Source: Acidobacteriota bacterium
Lineage (GTDB): Bacteria > Acidobacteriota > Terriglobia > Acidiferrales > UBA7541
Length of the DNA: 64,000 nucleotides
Assembly (NCBI GenBank): GCA_003223245.1
Contig: QHYI01000105.1
Span: forward strand, 7,913 to 71,912
Direction of reading: 5' to 3'
The position numbers and the translations under genes were made by a program. The stretch's first letter is position 1. The number at the start of each line of letters is the position of its first letter. The notes under the pieces were generated by a model. That model ran no database searches and was not told the DNA's origin. It saw nothing but the letters and a program-made list of their open reading frames with translations. Shown here in pieces: positions 27,177 to 36,428 of the stretch.

Positions 27177-28130
27177 CTATGCCGCGTCGGAACGCGCTGC
27201 AGCGATTTTTTCCACGGTCACCGCGAGGCTCTTTTCGTCCTCGACGTTGAGAGCCGCGACCGAACGTTCGATCTGTCGCAGCAACCCCGTGAGCACGCGG
27301 CCCGGGCCGACTTCCACACAGGTGTTCACGCCTTCATCGATGAGCAGGCGCACCGATTCTTCCCAGCGCACCGGCATGGAAACCTGCCGAATGAGCGCCT
27401 CCCGCGCTTCGCTGCCAGTGGTGATGGTATCTGCGTCGACGTTGGTCACCAGCGGCACGCGCAAGTTCGAAAACTCTGTGGCTCGCAAGTCTTGCTCGAG
27501 TTTCTGTTGCATCGGTGCCATCAACGCGGAATGAAACGGCGCGGAAACCGGGAGGATCACGGCGCGCTTCGCGCCCGCTTGCGACGCCAACTCCACGGCT
27601 CGCTTCACCGCGCCCGCGTGGCCGGAGATCACCGTCTGTTCCGGTGAATTCAAATTCGCCGGCGCGCAAATTTCGCCATTGCCGGCGCGCTTGCACACAT
27701 CCGCCACCACCGCGTGAGACAAGCCCATAATCGCGGCCATGCCGCCCACGCCCTGCGGAACCGCATCTTGCATGTACGTGCCGCGCTTGCGCACGAGCCT
27801 CACGGCGTCGGCAAACTTCAACGATCCGGCGCAAACCAGCGCGGAATATTCGCCAAGACTATGGCCTGCTACATAATCCGGCTCCAAGCCTTTTTCCTCC
27901 AGGACGCGAGTTGCCGCCACCGAGCAAGTTAAGATGGCTGGCTGCGTATTGGCAGTGAGCTTCAGGTCTTCTTCGGTGCCCTCGAAGCACAGCTTGGAAA
28001 CCGAAAAACCCAGCGCTTTGTCCGCTTCGTCGAAGACCGCTCTGGCCGCGGCATACTTTTCCGCGAGTTCTTTGCCCATGCCGGGATATTGTGAAGCTTG
28101 TCCAGGAAACACAAATGCGACTTTACCCAT
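27177..28130 (-). CDS. fabD: Malonyl-CoA:ACP transacylase
   Basis: MGKVAFVFPGQASQYPGMG...GHSLGEYSALV. The 437-aa ORF-track form is a 5' over-extension into plsX. The real ATG is at 28130. Confidence 0.95.
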   Translation of the reverse strand: MGKVAFVFPGQASQYPGMGKELAEKYAAARAVFDEADKALGFSVSKLCFEGTEEDLKLTANTQPAILTCSVAATRVLEEKGLEPDYVAGHSLGEYSALVCAGSLKFADAVRLVRKRGTYMQDAVPQGVGGMAAIMGLSHAVVADVCKRAGNGEICAPANLNSPEQTVISGHAGAVKRAVELASQAGAKRAVILPVSAPFHSALMAPMQQKLEQDLRATEFSNLRVPLVTNVDADTITTGSEAREALIRQVSMPVRWEESVRLLIDEGVNTCVEVGPGRVLTGLLRQIERSVAALNVEDEKSLAVTVEKIAAARSDAA

Positions 28131-28153
28131 GGCCGATTTCCTCTCTGCCGCCG

Positions 28154-29161
28154 TCACGCGGGAACCGCAGTGGCGGAGAGCTCTTGTTCGATTCTTTCGT
28201 TGAGGCGCGCGCGGGCGAGCCCCGCGGCCACACGGATGGCGTTTTTCACCGCATTGGCATTGGAACGTCCATGGCCAATCACGCAGACGCCGCGCACACC
28301 CAAAAGCGGCGCGCCACCATACTCCGTATAATCGATCTTCCTCTTCAAGCCTTTGAACGCCCCTTGCGAAAGCTTTGCCCCGACCTGCGAAAGAATCGAG
28401 CTTTTCAGCGACTTCTTCAGCAAATCGAAGATCGAAACCGCCAGACCTTCGCAAATCTTCAAAGCGATGTTGCCTACGAAACCATCGCACACAATCACGT
28501 CCACGCTGCCGGAAAAAAGATCTCCGCCTTCGACGTTCCCTACGAAATGCACCGGACTCTTCTTCAGCAGAGTATAGACCTCGCGGGTCAGCACGTTGCC
28601 CTTGATTTCTTCCTCCCCCACCGAGAGCAGGCCCACACGCGGGCGCCGGTTGCCAAACGTGGCGCGGTAATACACTTCACCCATCACCGCAAACTGCACC
28701 AGATGCTCCGGCCGCGAATCCACATTCGCCCCCACGTCCAGCAGCACCGAAACGCCGCCTCTCGCGTTGGGAAAGGGCGCTGCCAGGGCCACGCGGTCCA
28801 CGGACTCAAGCGTGCCGAGAATGAACTTCGCCGCGGTCATGACCGCGCCGGTATTTCCGGCGCTGAGCATGCCATCGGCCTTGCCATCATGAACCAGTCG
28901 CGCCGCCACGTGCACGGAGCTGTCCTTCTTTCGCCGGAAAGCCTGCGCCGGGTGATCGTTCATGGTGATCACTTCGCTTGCCGGCACAATCTCAATCGGC
29001 AGATTGGGCACGGAGTGCTTGGCCAGTTCGGCGCGCACCGCGTTCGGCTGCCCCACCAGCAAAATGCGCACGTTGAACTCGCGTGCGGCCAGCACACTGC
29101 CTTCCACTTCAGGACGTGGTGCATGGTCCCCGCCCATGGCGTCAACGGCGATGGTGATCAT
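28154..29161 (-). CDS. plsX: Phosphate acyltransferase PlsX
   Basis: 335 aa beginning MITIAVDAMGGDHAP. Confidence 0.95.
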   Translation of the reverse strand: MITIAVDAMGGDHAPRPEVEGSVLAAREFNVRILLVGQPNAVRAELAKHSVPNLPIEIVPASEVITMNDHPAQAFRRKKDSSVHVAARLVHDGKADGMLSAGNTGAVMTAAKFILGTLESVDRVALAAPFPNARGGVSVLLDVGANVDSRPEHLVQFAVMGEVYYRATFGNRRPRVGLLSVGEEEIKGNVLTREVYTLLKKSPVHFVGNVEGGDLFSGSVDVIVCDGFVGNIALKICEGLAVSIFDLLKKSLKSSILSQVGAKLSQGAFKGLKRKIDYTEYGGAPLLGVRGVCVIGHGRSNANAVKNAIRVAAGLARARLNERIEQELSATAVPA

Positions 29162-29199
29162 GGGATTTTGCGCGCGGAATCAGCAAAACATGAAACAGC

Positions 29200-29376
29200 T
29201 TATGCCGACGCTTGTACCGCCTTGCCCTTATAGTAGCCGCAATGCGGGCACGCCTGGTGCGGCAGCTTCATTTCCTGGCAATTCGGACATTTGCCCAGCC
29301 CGGGCTTGGTCAGAAAATCATGCGCCCGCCGCGTGCTGGTCCGTCTTTTGGAATGCCTCCGTTTTGGGTTAGGCAT
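29200..29376 (-). CDS. rpmF: 50S ribosomal protein L32
   Basis: MPNPKRRHSKRRTSTRRAH...CPNCQEMKLPHQACPHCGYY. Start refined to 29376. Confidence 0.9.
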   Translation of the reverse strand: MPNPKRRHSKRRTSTRRAHDFLTKPGLGKCPNCQEMKLPHQACPHCGYYKGKAVQASA

Positions 29377-29437
29377 AACACTACACCTCGTTCCCGCCGC
29401 GTTCGGCGGATTATATAGGGCTTTCGCCCTCAAAAAG

Positions 29438-29980
29438 CTATTGTTTTTTCAACCAGTCCTGCTTGAGACGCGCGAGTGAGGCCCATCGGGGATCTGTGGC
29501 GTGGGTCTCACAGCGGCAGTCCTCGTGGTTCAGGTTGGCGCCGCAATTCGGGCACAGCCCCCGGCAATCGCTCTGGCAAATGGCTTTGATGGGAAGCGCC
29601 AGAAGCACTTGCTCTTTCAACACGTCCGCCAAGAAAAGGCCATCTCCTTCGTAAAATCCGATCTCCGTATCATCATCCTTCAGCCGGTCTTCGCGATGCT
29701 TGGTGAGGCTGGCATCGTTCGGAAGCGGCGCATAAAGCAGGTCAAACGAGCGGCTTACTTCCTCGTTGACCGGTTCGAGGCAGCGCGCGCAGACCAATTC
29801 GATCTTCGTCTCGAAGTTGCCCTCGACGCGAATCTGGCCCTCCAGTAATTCCGCGGTAGCCGTCACTTCGAGCGGCTCAATCTGCTTCATTTCTACCGAA
29901 TGGAAATCGATGCTGCCCGGCGCATAGGTCTTGTGGATTCGCAGCTTCCGGACAGCTAATTCCTTTACGTCCAGGAACAT
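29438..29980 (-). CDS. yceD: YceD/DUF177 family protein
   Basis: 180 aa with C-terminal CQSDCRGLCPNCGANLNHEDCRC. It sits in the canonical position upstream of rpmF-plsX. Confidence 0.85.
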   Translation of the reverse strand: MFLDVKELAVRKLRIHKTYAPGSIDFHSVEMKQIEPLEVTATAELLEGQIRVEGNFETKIELVCARCLEPVNEEVSRSFDLLYAPLPNDASLTKHREDRLKDDDTEIGFYEGDGLFLADVLKEQVLLALPIKAICQSDCRGLCPNCGANLNHEDCRCETHATDPRWASLARLKQDWLKKQ

Positions 29981-30545
29981 CTATTCAGCGCCTCCGGCGC
30001 ACCACGCTCATGCTTTACCATTATTCAGAGGGGTTCCCGCCAAGTCAAGGAATGTGGGCTGAACTTGCTATTTTTGCGCCCTTTCTTGTCACCTTACTAT
30101 GCGGGTGCTTTGCAAGGCTATCGGTTGATGTGCACGCGCATGCCAGAAACGGTTTGGAGCTTAGGTCGTATTTGCTCCGCATAGCAACCCGGGTAACTCT
30201 GAGAGAAAGTCTACCCTGCTCGCCTGATCCGGGCCGCCTTAGGGCTTTCATGACCTGACACGCAATTGCGCACCGTTCCTGAAGCTTAGGTCGCCTTCTT
30301 GAAGAACGATTTGACGTTAAGCATGTAGAACATGGAAATTTTGCAAAGAAATCCGAGTAGAACAAGGACGGACAACGGAAAATCTTCACCGGTTTAGTAC
30401 TCACTAAGTCTGCGCCCCATCCGCTTGCGGACCGCTGTATCTTATTGATTCCAAAGCCTTTCCTTTGACTCGTGTGTGCAAGAATCTTTGGTTCTAGCCT
30501 TGCCACACGCCTTCTTCCAGTCGAAATCATTCCGGAGTAATCTAC

Positions 30546-30737
30546 ATGCGATTCCGTACCGCACTGAGCCTCGTCTCCATCTTTGTTGTATGCTTTACTA
30601 TAGCTGCCTGGGCTACACCGTTTCCGGATCGGATCGTGCCACCCAGGTTGGCGCCAAATCCTGACCGCCCGCCCGAGTCGGGTAAAACCGCGAGCCAAAG
30701 AGGAAGAACCGATTCGCTCAAGCCAACACACACGTAA
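30546..30737 (+). CDS. Possible small secreted proline-rich peptide (63-aa precursor)
   Basis: The ATG is preceded by GGAG with an 8-nt spacing. The signal-like N-terminus is MRFRTALSLVSIFVVCFTIAAWA. The mature part is TPFPDRIVPPRLAPNPDRPPESGK... Confidence 0.35.
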   Translation: MRFRTALSLVSIFVVCFTIAAWATPFPDRIVPPRLAPNPDRPPESGKTASQRGRTDSLKPTHT

Positions 30738-30815
30738 TCCTTAGTTCACCAATCCTACGCGGCCGCACGCACCCAACCCCTCGCGGCATCTTCATTTTGG
30801 ATTAAGGAGTTTCAG

Positions 30816-33095
30816 ATGCGCGCGACTCTGAAAATCGTCCTGCCCCTGATCGTGAGCGTCGCCAGCGTGTCTCTTGTTTTCGCCGGTTACCAGGTAAGGA
30901 ACCAGCGGCGTATCTTGCGCAACGATCTCGCGCGGCGGGCGGAAATCCTGGCCGATAGCCTCCAGGAGAGCATCGAGCGGGAACTTGGCCGGGGCCAGGA
31001 CCGCGGCCTGCGCCGTTTCGTCGAGCGCTATGGGCAACGCGAGCACCTCCGAGGAATTGCTATCTACGATACAGGAGACCATTTGCTTGCCATTACTCCG
31101 GGACTTGAGCCAGCCTTGCCGCTGCACCCAACCGCCATAACCAAAGCCATGCACGACGATCATGGCGATGGCGAATTTCTTCCCCCTGAACAGACCTCGG
31201 CACAACAGGAAAGCGATGCCCTTCCCGTGCACGTTTATGCGATGCCGCTTCACCGGGACAACAAAGTCGTCGGAGCCCTCCTCCTGGTGCACGACACCGG
31301 CTACATTGAAATACAAGTCGCACACACCCTGCGTGACGCCCTTCTCAACGCTCTGGTGCAAACGCTGTTGATTAGCGCCCTGGCGCTGCTTCTTGTGCGC
31401 TGGACTTTTACCGGACCTCTCACGCGCACCGCCAAATGGGTCCGCACATTGCGCACCGGCCAACCCAATCCGCATCCGGCACTGTTGCAAGGCGGAGCCA
31501 TGGAGCAGTTGCACCATGAGGTTACCCACTTGGCCCGAGACTTACATTCGGCAAGGACGGCGGCCGAAGTCGAAGCGCGGCTCCGCGATTCCAACGCCTC
31601 GCTGTGGACCGCGGAACGGCTGAGCGTCAATCTTCGCGAACGGCTTCAAAACCAGCCGCTTTTTGTGGTTTCGAATCGTGAGCCCTACATGCACGTCTTC
31701 GACGGGAAGGACATCAAGGTGATCGTGCCCGCCAGCGGCGTGGTCACCGCCCTCGAGCCGGTTTTGCTGGCGTGCAACGGCACATGGGTCGCGAGTGGCT
31801 CCGGCAGCGCGGACCGCGAAGTCGTCGATTCCCAGGACCGGCTCCGCGTCCCTCCGGATCGTCCGAGTTATACGCTCCGTCGCATCTGGCTTACGGAAGA
31901 GGAAAACAAAGGCTATTACGATGGATTTTCGAATGAGGGCCTCTGGCCGCTTTGCCATATCGCCCATACGCGCCCAATTTTCCGCCCCGAAGACTGGCTG
32001 CAATACCAGCGGATCAACCAGCGGTTTGCCGACACCGTCTTGCAAGAAATGGCAGACGCGGATTCGCCCATTCTGCTGGCGCAGGACTATCATCTTGCAC
32101 TCGTTCCGCGCATGGTGAAGGATGTCCGCCCGGACGCGCGCGTGGCTATCTTCTGGCACATCCCCTGGCCCAACGCAGAGGTCTTCGGAATTTGCCCTTG
32201 GCAGCGCGAACTCATCGAAGGATTGCTGGGCGCGGATCTCATCGGCTTCCATATTCAAACCCATTGCAACAATTTCCTTGAAACCGTGGACCGCGGTCTC
32301 GAAGCGCTCACCGAATGGGACCGCTTTGCGGTAAGCCGCCAAGGCCACGTTACCCGAGTGCGGCCCTACCCGATTAGCGTGGAGTTTCATGAAAAACCCA
32401 GCCTGGAACCAAATATCGCCAACAGGCTGCGCGCGGAATTGTGCGACGAGATGGACATTGAAGCTACGCATCTGGGAGTCGGGGTGGATCGTGTCGATTA
32501 CACCAAAGGAATCCTGGAGCGGTTCCGCGCCTTGGAAAGGTTTTTCGAACTGAATCCGGGTTACTGCCGGCGGTTCACCTTCGTGCAGATCGGCGCGCCC
32601 AGCCGGACCGACATCGACCGCTACAGGAATTTGCTCGAGGAAGTCAATTCTGAGGCGGAGCGCATCAACGACCGCTTCCAAACGTCGCGGTGGAAGCCCA
32701 TCGTGTTTCGCGGGAAACACCATTCCCACGAGGAAATTTCCCGTTTCTACAAGGCGGCCTCCTTCTGCATGGTCACTTCCCTGCACGATGGGATGAACCT
32801 GGTGGCCAAGGAATTTGTGGCTTCCCGGGAAGATGAACGCGGCGTATTGATCCTGAGCACGTTTGCCGGTGCAGCGCACGAACTGAGTGATGCGCTGCTC
32901 GTGAATCCTTACGACATTTCGCAGGTCGCGCGAGCTATTCATCGCGCGCTGGAAATGCCAGAGAGAGAGCAGACCGAGCGAATGCAGCACATGCGCCACA
33001 TTGTGCGGCAACACAATGTATACCGCTGGGCCGCGCACCTTCTCTTCGATCTGACTGAGATTCGTATCGAACTGGTGGAGCGCGCAGAAGCCTAG
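30816..33095 (+). CDS. otsA: Trehalose-6-phosphate synthase (GT20) fused to an N-terminal two-TM sensor/HAMP-like module
   Basis: The GT20 part starts near residue 265 ([12 protein letters not shown]...[15 protein letters not shown]...[11 protein letters not shown]). The N-terminus has TM1 ([18 protein letters not shown]), a loop of about 150 aa, TM2 ([13 protein letters not shown]) and a HAMP-like linker. The RBS is AAGGAG. Confidence 0.85.
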   Translation: MRATLKIVLPLIVSVASVSLVFAGYQVRNQRRILRNDLARRAEILADSLQESIERELGRGQDRGLRRFVERYGQREHLRGIAIYDTGDHLLAITPGLEPALPLHPTAITKAMHDDHGDGEFLPPEQTSAQQESDALPVHVYAMPLHRDNKVVGALLLVHDTGYIEIQVAHTLRDALLNALVQTLLISALALLLVRWTFTGPLTRTAKWVRTLRTGQPNPHPALLQGGAMEQLHHEVTHLARDLHSARTAAEVEARLRDSNASLWTAERLSVNLRERLQNQPLFVVSNREPYMHVFDGKDIKVIVPASGVVTALEPVLLACNGTWVASGSGSADREVVDSQDRLRVPPDRPSYTLRRIWLTEEENKGYYDGFSNEGLWPLCHIAHTRPIFRPEDWLQYQRINQRFADTVLQEMADADSPILLAQDYHLALVPRMVKDVRPDARVAIFWHIPWPNAEVFGICPWQRELIEGLLGADLIGFHIQTHCNNFLETVDRGLEALTEWDRFAVSRQGHVTRVRPYPISVEFHEKPSLEPNIANRLRAELCDEMDIEATHLGVGVDRVDYTKGILERFRALERFFELNPGYCRRFTFVQIGAPSRTDIDRYRNLLEEVNSEAERINDRFQTSRWKPIVFRGKHHSHEEISRFYKAASFCMVTSLHDGMNLVAKEFVASREDERGVLILSTFAGAAHELSDALLVNPYDISQVARAIHRALEMPEREQTERMQHMRHIVRQHNVYRWAAHLLFDLTEIRIELVERAEA

Positions 33096-33184
33096 CGCCA
33101 TTCAGCCGGCAGCTTTTCGTAGCGCGCGACATCTGGCATCGGCGCGTTGCGCCCGCTGCATCTAAAATCGAGAGGACAGCTGAC

Positions 33185-33844
33185 TTGAACGCCGCCGAAA
33201 CACCGTTCGATTTCGTCACCGCTTCCTACCTCACCCGGATTGGAAATCACTCGGCGGAAAACCTCGCGGAATTGCTGACTGGGCTCGAACATTGCAACGA
33301 CGCCTCCATTTTTCACCACACCTTTCAAACGCTGGGCTTCCACCACTTCCTCACGGAAGGCTTTTCCAACGATTTCGCGCAGTGGACGCTGGCCTCCCTG
33401 AACCGAACTGACCTTGCCGAGCAACTGGCCAGCCTCGACATCCGTGATTACCTTTCGATTGCAGCGCTACGAAGCGATCTTCGCCGCGTAGTCCGGGATT
33501 TTTGCGACGCTCAGCCGCAATTCGCGTCGCAATCCGGCCTCGAGCGATTTCACTTCTGCGAGAGCGTGGAAGTGACCGTGCCTTTTGGCCGCTGTGCGCA
33601 CACCCTGGGTGAATTTCGCGAAGGCGTTGCGCATCTCAGCCACGCCAGTTTTTATTTTCACTTCATTTCCTCGCGGCTGCGCCTCCAACTCCAAACCAAT
33701 GACTTTTCCTATTGGCTCTCCGGCAGTCTAGGCCTTCGGACGCTCGCTGACAGCATCAATCGCATCGACGTCTACACGAACACGCTCGACAGCGCCCGCG
33801 CCAAGATGCTCCGCCTGATCGACCGCGAAAGGAGAAACCCATGA
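33185..33844 (+). CDS. Conserved hypothetical protein, possibly the DUF5752-type partner of TreT-like synthases (from memory only)
   Basis: 219 aa with a TTG start. Its stop overlaps the ATG of the next gene (ATGA). The composition is His/Phe-rich and cytosolic-looking. Confidence 0.55.
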   Translation: MNAAETPFDFVTASYLTRIGNHSAENLAELLTGLEHCNDASIFHHTFQTLGFHHFLTEGFSNDFAQWTLASLNRTDLAEQLASLDIRDYLSIAALRSDLRRVVRDFCDAQPQFASQSGLERFHFCESVEVTVPFGRCAHTLGEFREGVAHLSHASFYFHFISSRLRLQLQTNDFSYWLSGSLGLRTLADSINRIDVYTNTLDSARAKMLRLIDRERRNP

Positions 33845-35067
33845 CGGAAGTCTTGGCGCCAAGCCGGATTCCTCTGGAAAACTATGTCGGGGTCGTAGGC
33901 GCGGGCGAGATCGAGGAATTGCGCGCGCTGGCCAAGCCCCTGCGCGGCCGCAGCATGGAGATGATCAACTCCACGGCTGTGGGAGGCGGCGTTGCGGAAA
34001 TTCTCAACCGTCTGGTACCGCTGGCCGAAGAACTCGAGCTGGCCATGCGTTGGGACGTGATGAAAGGCGCGGAAGAATTTTTCGACGTCACGAAATCTTT
34101 CCACAATGCCTTGCACGGCGAGCCGTATCTCCACAAGTCCAAGGATTTTGAGATTTTTCTCTCCTACAACGAGCGGAATCGCGCCAACCTTCCGCTCGAT
34201 GCCGAATTCATGGTCATTCATGACCCACAGCCGGTCGCGCTGATTGACGCTCGGCCGCCCGGTTCCAATCACTGGGTTTGGCGGTGCCACATTGATTTGT
34301 CGCATCCGAACCGCGAGGTCTGGAACTTTTTGGAGAAATTCGTTTCCCGCTATGACGCGGCCATGTTCTCTTCTCCCGAATTTTCGCGCCAGCTCTCTAT
34401 CTCGCAATACCTTTTCTACCCCGCCATTGACCCGCTTTCCGAAAAGAACTGCCCTCTCGATCCGGAATTGATCGAGCAAGTTCTCGACCGCTATCAGATT
34501 GATCCGCAGCGGCCCATCCTGACGCAAATCTCCCGCTTCGACCGCTTGAAGGATCCCGTGGGCGTCATTCGCGCGTATCGCATCGTGAAGCGTTACTTCG
34601 ACTGCCAGTTGGTTCTCGCTGGCGGCAGCGCGTCCGACGATCCGGAAGGCGCTCTGGTTCTGAAGGATGTCCTGCGCGCGGCCGACAAAGACCCCGATAT
34701 CAAGATCCTCGAACTCCCTGCATGGGCCCCTTTGGAAGTGAACGCGCTGCAGCGCGCTTCGACGATTGTCGTGCAGAAAAGTTTGCGTGAAGGGTTCGGC
34801 CTGACTGTTTCAGAGGCGCTATGGAAAAAGAAGCCCGTCGTAGCTTCCGCCGTCGGCGGCATTCCCACGCAAATCATTCACAAGCACACCGGCTTGTTGG
34901 CGTACTCCGTCGAAGGCACTGCTTATCAAATCCGTTTTTTGCTTTCCCACCCGGAGATCGCCGCGAAGCTCGGAGAAAACGGCCACCAGCACGTAAAGGA
35001 AAACTTCCTCATCACGCAAAAACTGAAGCGCTACCTCGCTTTGTTCCTGCTCCTCGACCGGAGCTAA
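33841..35067 (+). CDS. treT: TreT-like trehalose (glycosyl-transferring) synthase, GT4 family
   Basis: 408 aa with INSTAVGGGVAEILNRLVPLAEELELAMRWDVMKG..EFFDVTKSFHNALHG and a C-terminal GT-B EGFGLTVSEALWK. Confidence 0.75.
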   Translation: MTEVLAPSRIPLENYVGVVGAGEIEELRALAKPLRGRSMEMINSTAVGGGVAEILNRLVPLAEELELAMRWDVMKGAEEFFDVTKSFHNALHGEPYLHKSKDFEIFLSYNERNRANLPLDAEFMVIHDPQPVALIDARPPGSNHWVWRCHIDLSHPNREVWNFLEKFVSRYDAAMFSSPEFSRQLSISQYLFYPAIDPLSEKNCPLDPELIEQVLDRYQIDPQRPILTQISRFDRLKDPVGVIRAYRIVKRYFDCQLVLAGGSASDDPEGALVLKDVLRAADKDPDIKILELPAWAPLEVNALQRASTIVVQKSLREGFGLTVSEALWKKKPVVASAVGGIPTQIIHKHTGLLAYSVEGTAYQIRFLLSHPEIAAKLGENGHQHVKENFLITQKLKRYLALFLLLDRS

Positions 35068-35226
35068 TGAACGCGGCGCTACTGCGGACGTCAAATCCCG
35101 CGCACCTGCAACGGTTGGCGGTTCTTCGGCTGGACGTGCCCTTTCGTTCCTCAGGGTAAAGCGCTTGGCGGGCTGGAGTTTCGCCCGGTGGCGGGAACAG
35201 AGTACGCGGGAGTACAATCCACGGCC

Positions 35227-35667
35227 ATGGTTCCGAAAGCGGGATATTTCACGCCGCTGCTGCACGTCATGGACGTGCGACGATCGATTCGCTTCTATCA
35301 ATTGCTGGGATTCGAGCTCATCGACCTGGAGGGCGACCCCGCGTGTCCCGGCTGGGCACGCATGCACTGCGAGGGCGGCGCGGTGATGTTCCTGTTGGCC
35401 GAGGAGCCCTTCGACCCCACCAAGCATGCCCTGCTCACGGCCATGTATACCCCGGACCTGCCTGCGTTTCGCGAGCACCTGCTGGCCAACGGAATTGACG
35501 TGCCGCCGATTACCTATCCTGGATACATGCCAAGCGGGTCGCTCTCGCTGCGCGACCCGGACGGCTATATCATCGACATCCATCACTGGAGCGACGCGGA
35601 ACACGGCGCCTGGCTGAAGAACGTCGAGCAGAAGAAGCAGGCGGGAGTCCTGCCGTCCGGTGGGTAG
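35227..35667 (+). CDS. VOC/glyoxalase-family protein
   Basis: GYFTPLLHVMDVRRSIRFYQLLGFEL...LRDPDGYIIDIHHW. Confidence 0.8.
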   Translation: MVPKAGYFTPLLHVMDVRRSIRFYQLLGFELIDLEGDPACPGWARMHCEGGAVMFLLAEEPFDPTKHALLTAMYTPDLPAFREHLLANGIDVPPITYPGYMPSGSLSLRDPDGYIIDIHHWSDAEHGAWLKNVEQKKQAGVLPSGG

Positions 35668-35719
35668 GGCCTGTCGCGAGCCGGGAGAATCTCACACGCT
35701 AGACGTATAACGCCTCGCG

Positions 35720-35934
35720 TTGTACCAACCAGGCCCAAGTCCCGCAACACCGGCAGACGCCGTGGATGAGTTTACAGTTTTCAATATCAAAGGCAACGCG
35801 TACCGGTCACGTATTTGGAACTCCCCGCATCGTTTCGGAGGTTTTAAACAGGAAACAGGAAGAGGGAGTTAAACAAGGAACAGATTGCGCGGTTGAGCGC
35901 GCGGTTTCACGTGTCGCCGGAGCTGTTTTTTATT
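35720..35934 (+). pseudogene. Decayed higB-higA toxin-antitoxin remnant
   Basis: 35768-35806 encodes EFTVFNIKGNAYR, the HigB 'VFNIKGNxYR' core. 35826-35855 encodes RIVSEVLNRK. After a +1 frame change, 35866-35934 encodes ELNKEQIARLSARFHVSPELFFI, a HigA HTH C-terminus pattern. Both parts are truncated. Confidence 0.55.
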
Positions 35935-36170
35935 ACGCCTCGTAGTAGCGGGTCTTTAAGACCCCGTGCTGCTTGTTCTTCCGATATCCCTCAGGACTGC
36001 AACTGCTCCGAATTTCGCATTTCCATTTTCGATTCTCTATTTTCCGACTTCCAATTGCGACTTTCGATTCCCTGCTGCCAAAGCCAAGGGCGGAGGAAGT
36101 TGACGGGCGAGTTCACGCCGCAAGAAGAGAGAAAAGTAAGGAGAGATATGATAAAGTAAGGAAGCGCGGT

Positions 36171-36428
36171 ATGGCCATGAAGAAACAAGCCAAGTTGACC
36201 AGCAAGGGGCAGATTACCGTGCCGCGCGAGATTCGACGCCGGTTGGGCGTGCGGGCGGGAGATCGCCTGGAGTTTGAGGACAACGGCAAGGGAATAGAAG
36301 TCAAAGCGGTGAGAGAACAGAGTCCTTTTGCGAAGTACATGGGAATCGGCAATCCGGGAATTGGAAAGGGCCGGAAAGCGATCAACAAATGGCTGCGTGA
36401 GATCCGAGGTCATCAGGACGAAGAGTGA
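36171..36428 (+). CDS. vapB: AbrB/SpoVT-fold antitoxin (VapB-type)
   Basis: MAMKKQAKLTSKGQITVPREIRRRLGVRAGDRLEFE. The RBS is AAGGAAG. Start refined from the 151-aa ORF-track version. Confidence 0.8.
   Translation: MAMKKQAKLTSKGQITVPREIRRRLGVRAGDRLEFEDNGKGIEVKAVREQSPFAKYMGIGNPGIGKGRKAINKWLREIRGHQDEE

Noticed and set aside
28131-28490. 5' extension of the 437-aa ORF containing fabD
   Set aside because: It overlaps plsX in another frame. The FabD motif region starts at MGKVAFVFPGQ (28130).
30305-30335. A tmRNA-like word (gatttgacgttaagcatgtagaacatgg resembles the E. coli ssrA segment GAUUGACUAAGCAUGUAGUACCGAGG)
   Set aside because: There is no tRNA-like acceptor/T-arm (GGTTCGA...CCACCA), no GGGG 5' end and no tag reading frame nearby. 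It is probably chance similarity.
30045-30731. 228-aa minus-strand ORF in the yceD/otsA spacer
   Set aside because: It has a Cys/Arg/Ser-rich composition in an AT-rich region, with no RBS and no recognisable domain. I treated the region as non-coding.
31542-33101. 519-aa minus-strand ORF
   Set aside because: It is antisense to the well-supported otsA frame and has no recognisable motifs. It is a shadow ORF.
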